IMG/VR virus record: IMGVR_UViG_2690316188_000006
Source of the DNA: a virus
Taxonomy: Duplodnaviria > Heunggongvirae > Uroviricota > Caudoviricetes
Reading direction: 5' to 3' (one strand)
Length of the DNA stretch: 5,232 nucleotides
In this document: piece by piece, positions 4,810 to 5,232 of the stretch
Position numbering within the stretch: position 1 is the first letter of the stretch
How the letters are laid out: the number at the start of each line of letters is the position of its first letter
Position numbers and translations under genes: made by a program
Notes under the pieces: generated by a model
The model's database searches: none
Seen by the model: the letters and a program-made list of their open reading frames with translations, nothing else
What the model was told of the DNA's origin: nothing

Positions 4810-5232
4810 GTGGCAAAAGTTTTTACACAAGAAGAGCGGGAAAAAATTAAAGGGCTGATCGTGGAATTCGTACGCCTTAACGGACGAGGCACGATTCGGC
4901 AGTTATCGGATGAAATTGGTGTCAGTCATGCGTCTGTCGGTCGTTTATGCATGGAGCTGGCCGCCAGTGGTGATGTTTACAATTCCGGTTACGGAGTATT
5001 CCCGTCTGAGCAGGCGCGCAAGGACTGGCAAAACGCCCGCAAAAAACTCTCAAGGGCAAAGCTGAAGAAACCATCTGTGGTTGATCCGGACCTTATCTGG
5101 CTATTACCAGACGGCGAAATACGCCGCTACGACAGGCGCCTAAACATAATCTGTCGCGAGTGCCGGAAGAGCGAAGCTATGCAGCGTGTACTGGCATTTT
5201 ATCAAGGAAATGTTAGGTATTTTAGACGTTAC
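4810..5232 (+). CDS. Hypothetical protein, 5' partial in window (at least 141 aa, runs off the right edge); possible winged-helix DNA-binding protein
   Basis: GTG at 4810 with AGGAGG 4 nt upstream. Open frame to the window end. Segment TIRQLSDEIGVSHASVGRLCMEL looks HTH-like. Not in the ORF track because it has no stop in the window. Confidence 0.55.
   Translation, partial: MAKVFTQEEREKIKGLIVEFVRLNGRGTIRQLSDEIGVSHASVGRLCMELAASGDVYNSGYGVFPSEQARKDWQNARKKLSRAKLKKPSVVDPDLIWLLPDGEIRRYDRRLNIICRECRKSEAMQRVLAFYQGNVRYFRRY

Noticed and set aside
1-5232. tRNA, rRNA, integrase or attachment-site features
   Set aside because: No cloverleaf-capable segment or rRNA-like sequence noticed, and no integrase ORF in the window.

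Overview
This window reads as the early/immunity region of a lambdoid (Qin/Rac-type) defective prophage from an E. coli-like enterobacterium. Gene names are assigned from my memory of K-12 Qin/Rac proteins and from motif reading, not from any database search. Leftward (minus strand) from a CI/DicA-like XRE repressor (2452-2871) runs an operon: ydfA-like copy 2, orf106, a 190-bp element R2, ydfA, ydfB, ydfC, element R1, then the DicF sRNA (136-193); dicB would be expected just beyond the left edge. Rightward from a divergent promoter/operator region (2872-2950) lie a Cro/YdaS-like regulator, a YdaT-like protein, a replisome-organizer gene carrying two internal iteron arrays plus an AT-rich tract (likely ori), and the 5' end of one more gene. 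The unusual part is 1205-2290: a segmental duplication (R element 189/190 identical; ydfA 5' block 134/134 identical) framing a low-GC, convergent, 3'-overlapping pair of unknown small genes (orf92 on +, orf106 on -). That pair is the best candidate for an undescribed accessory module, but its function is entirely inferred.
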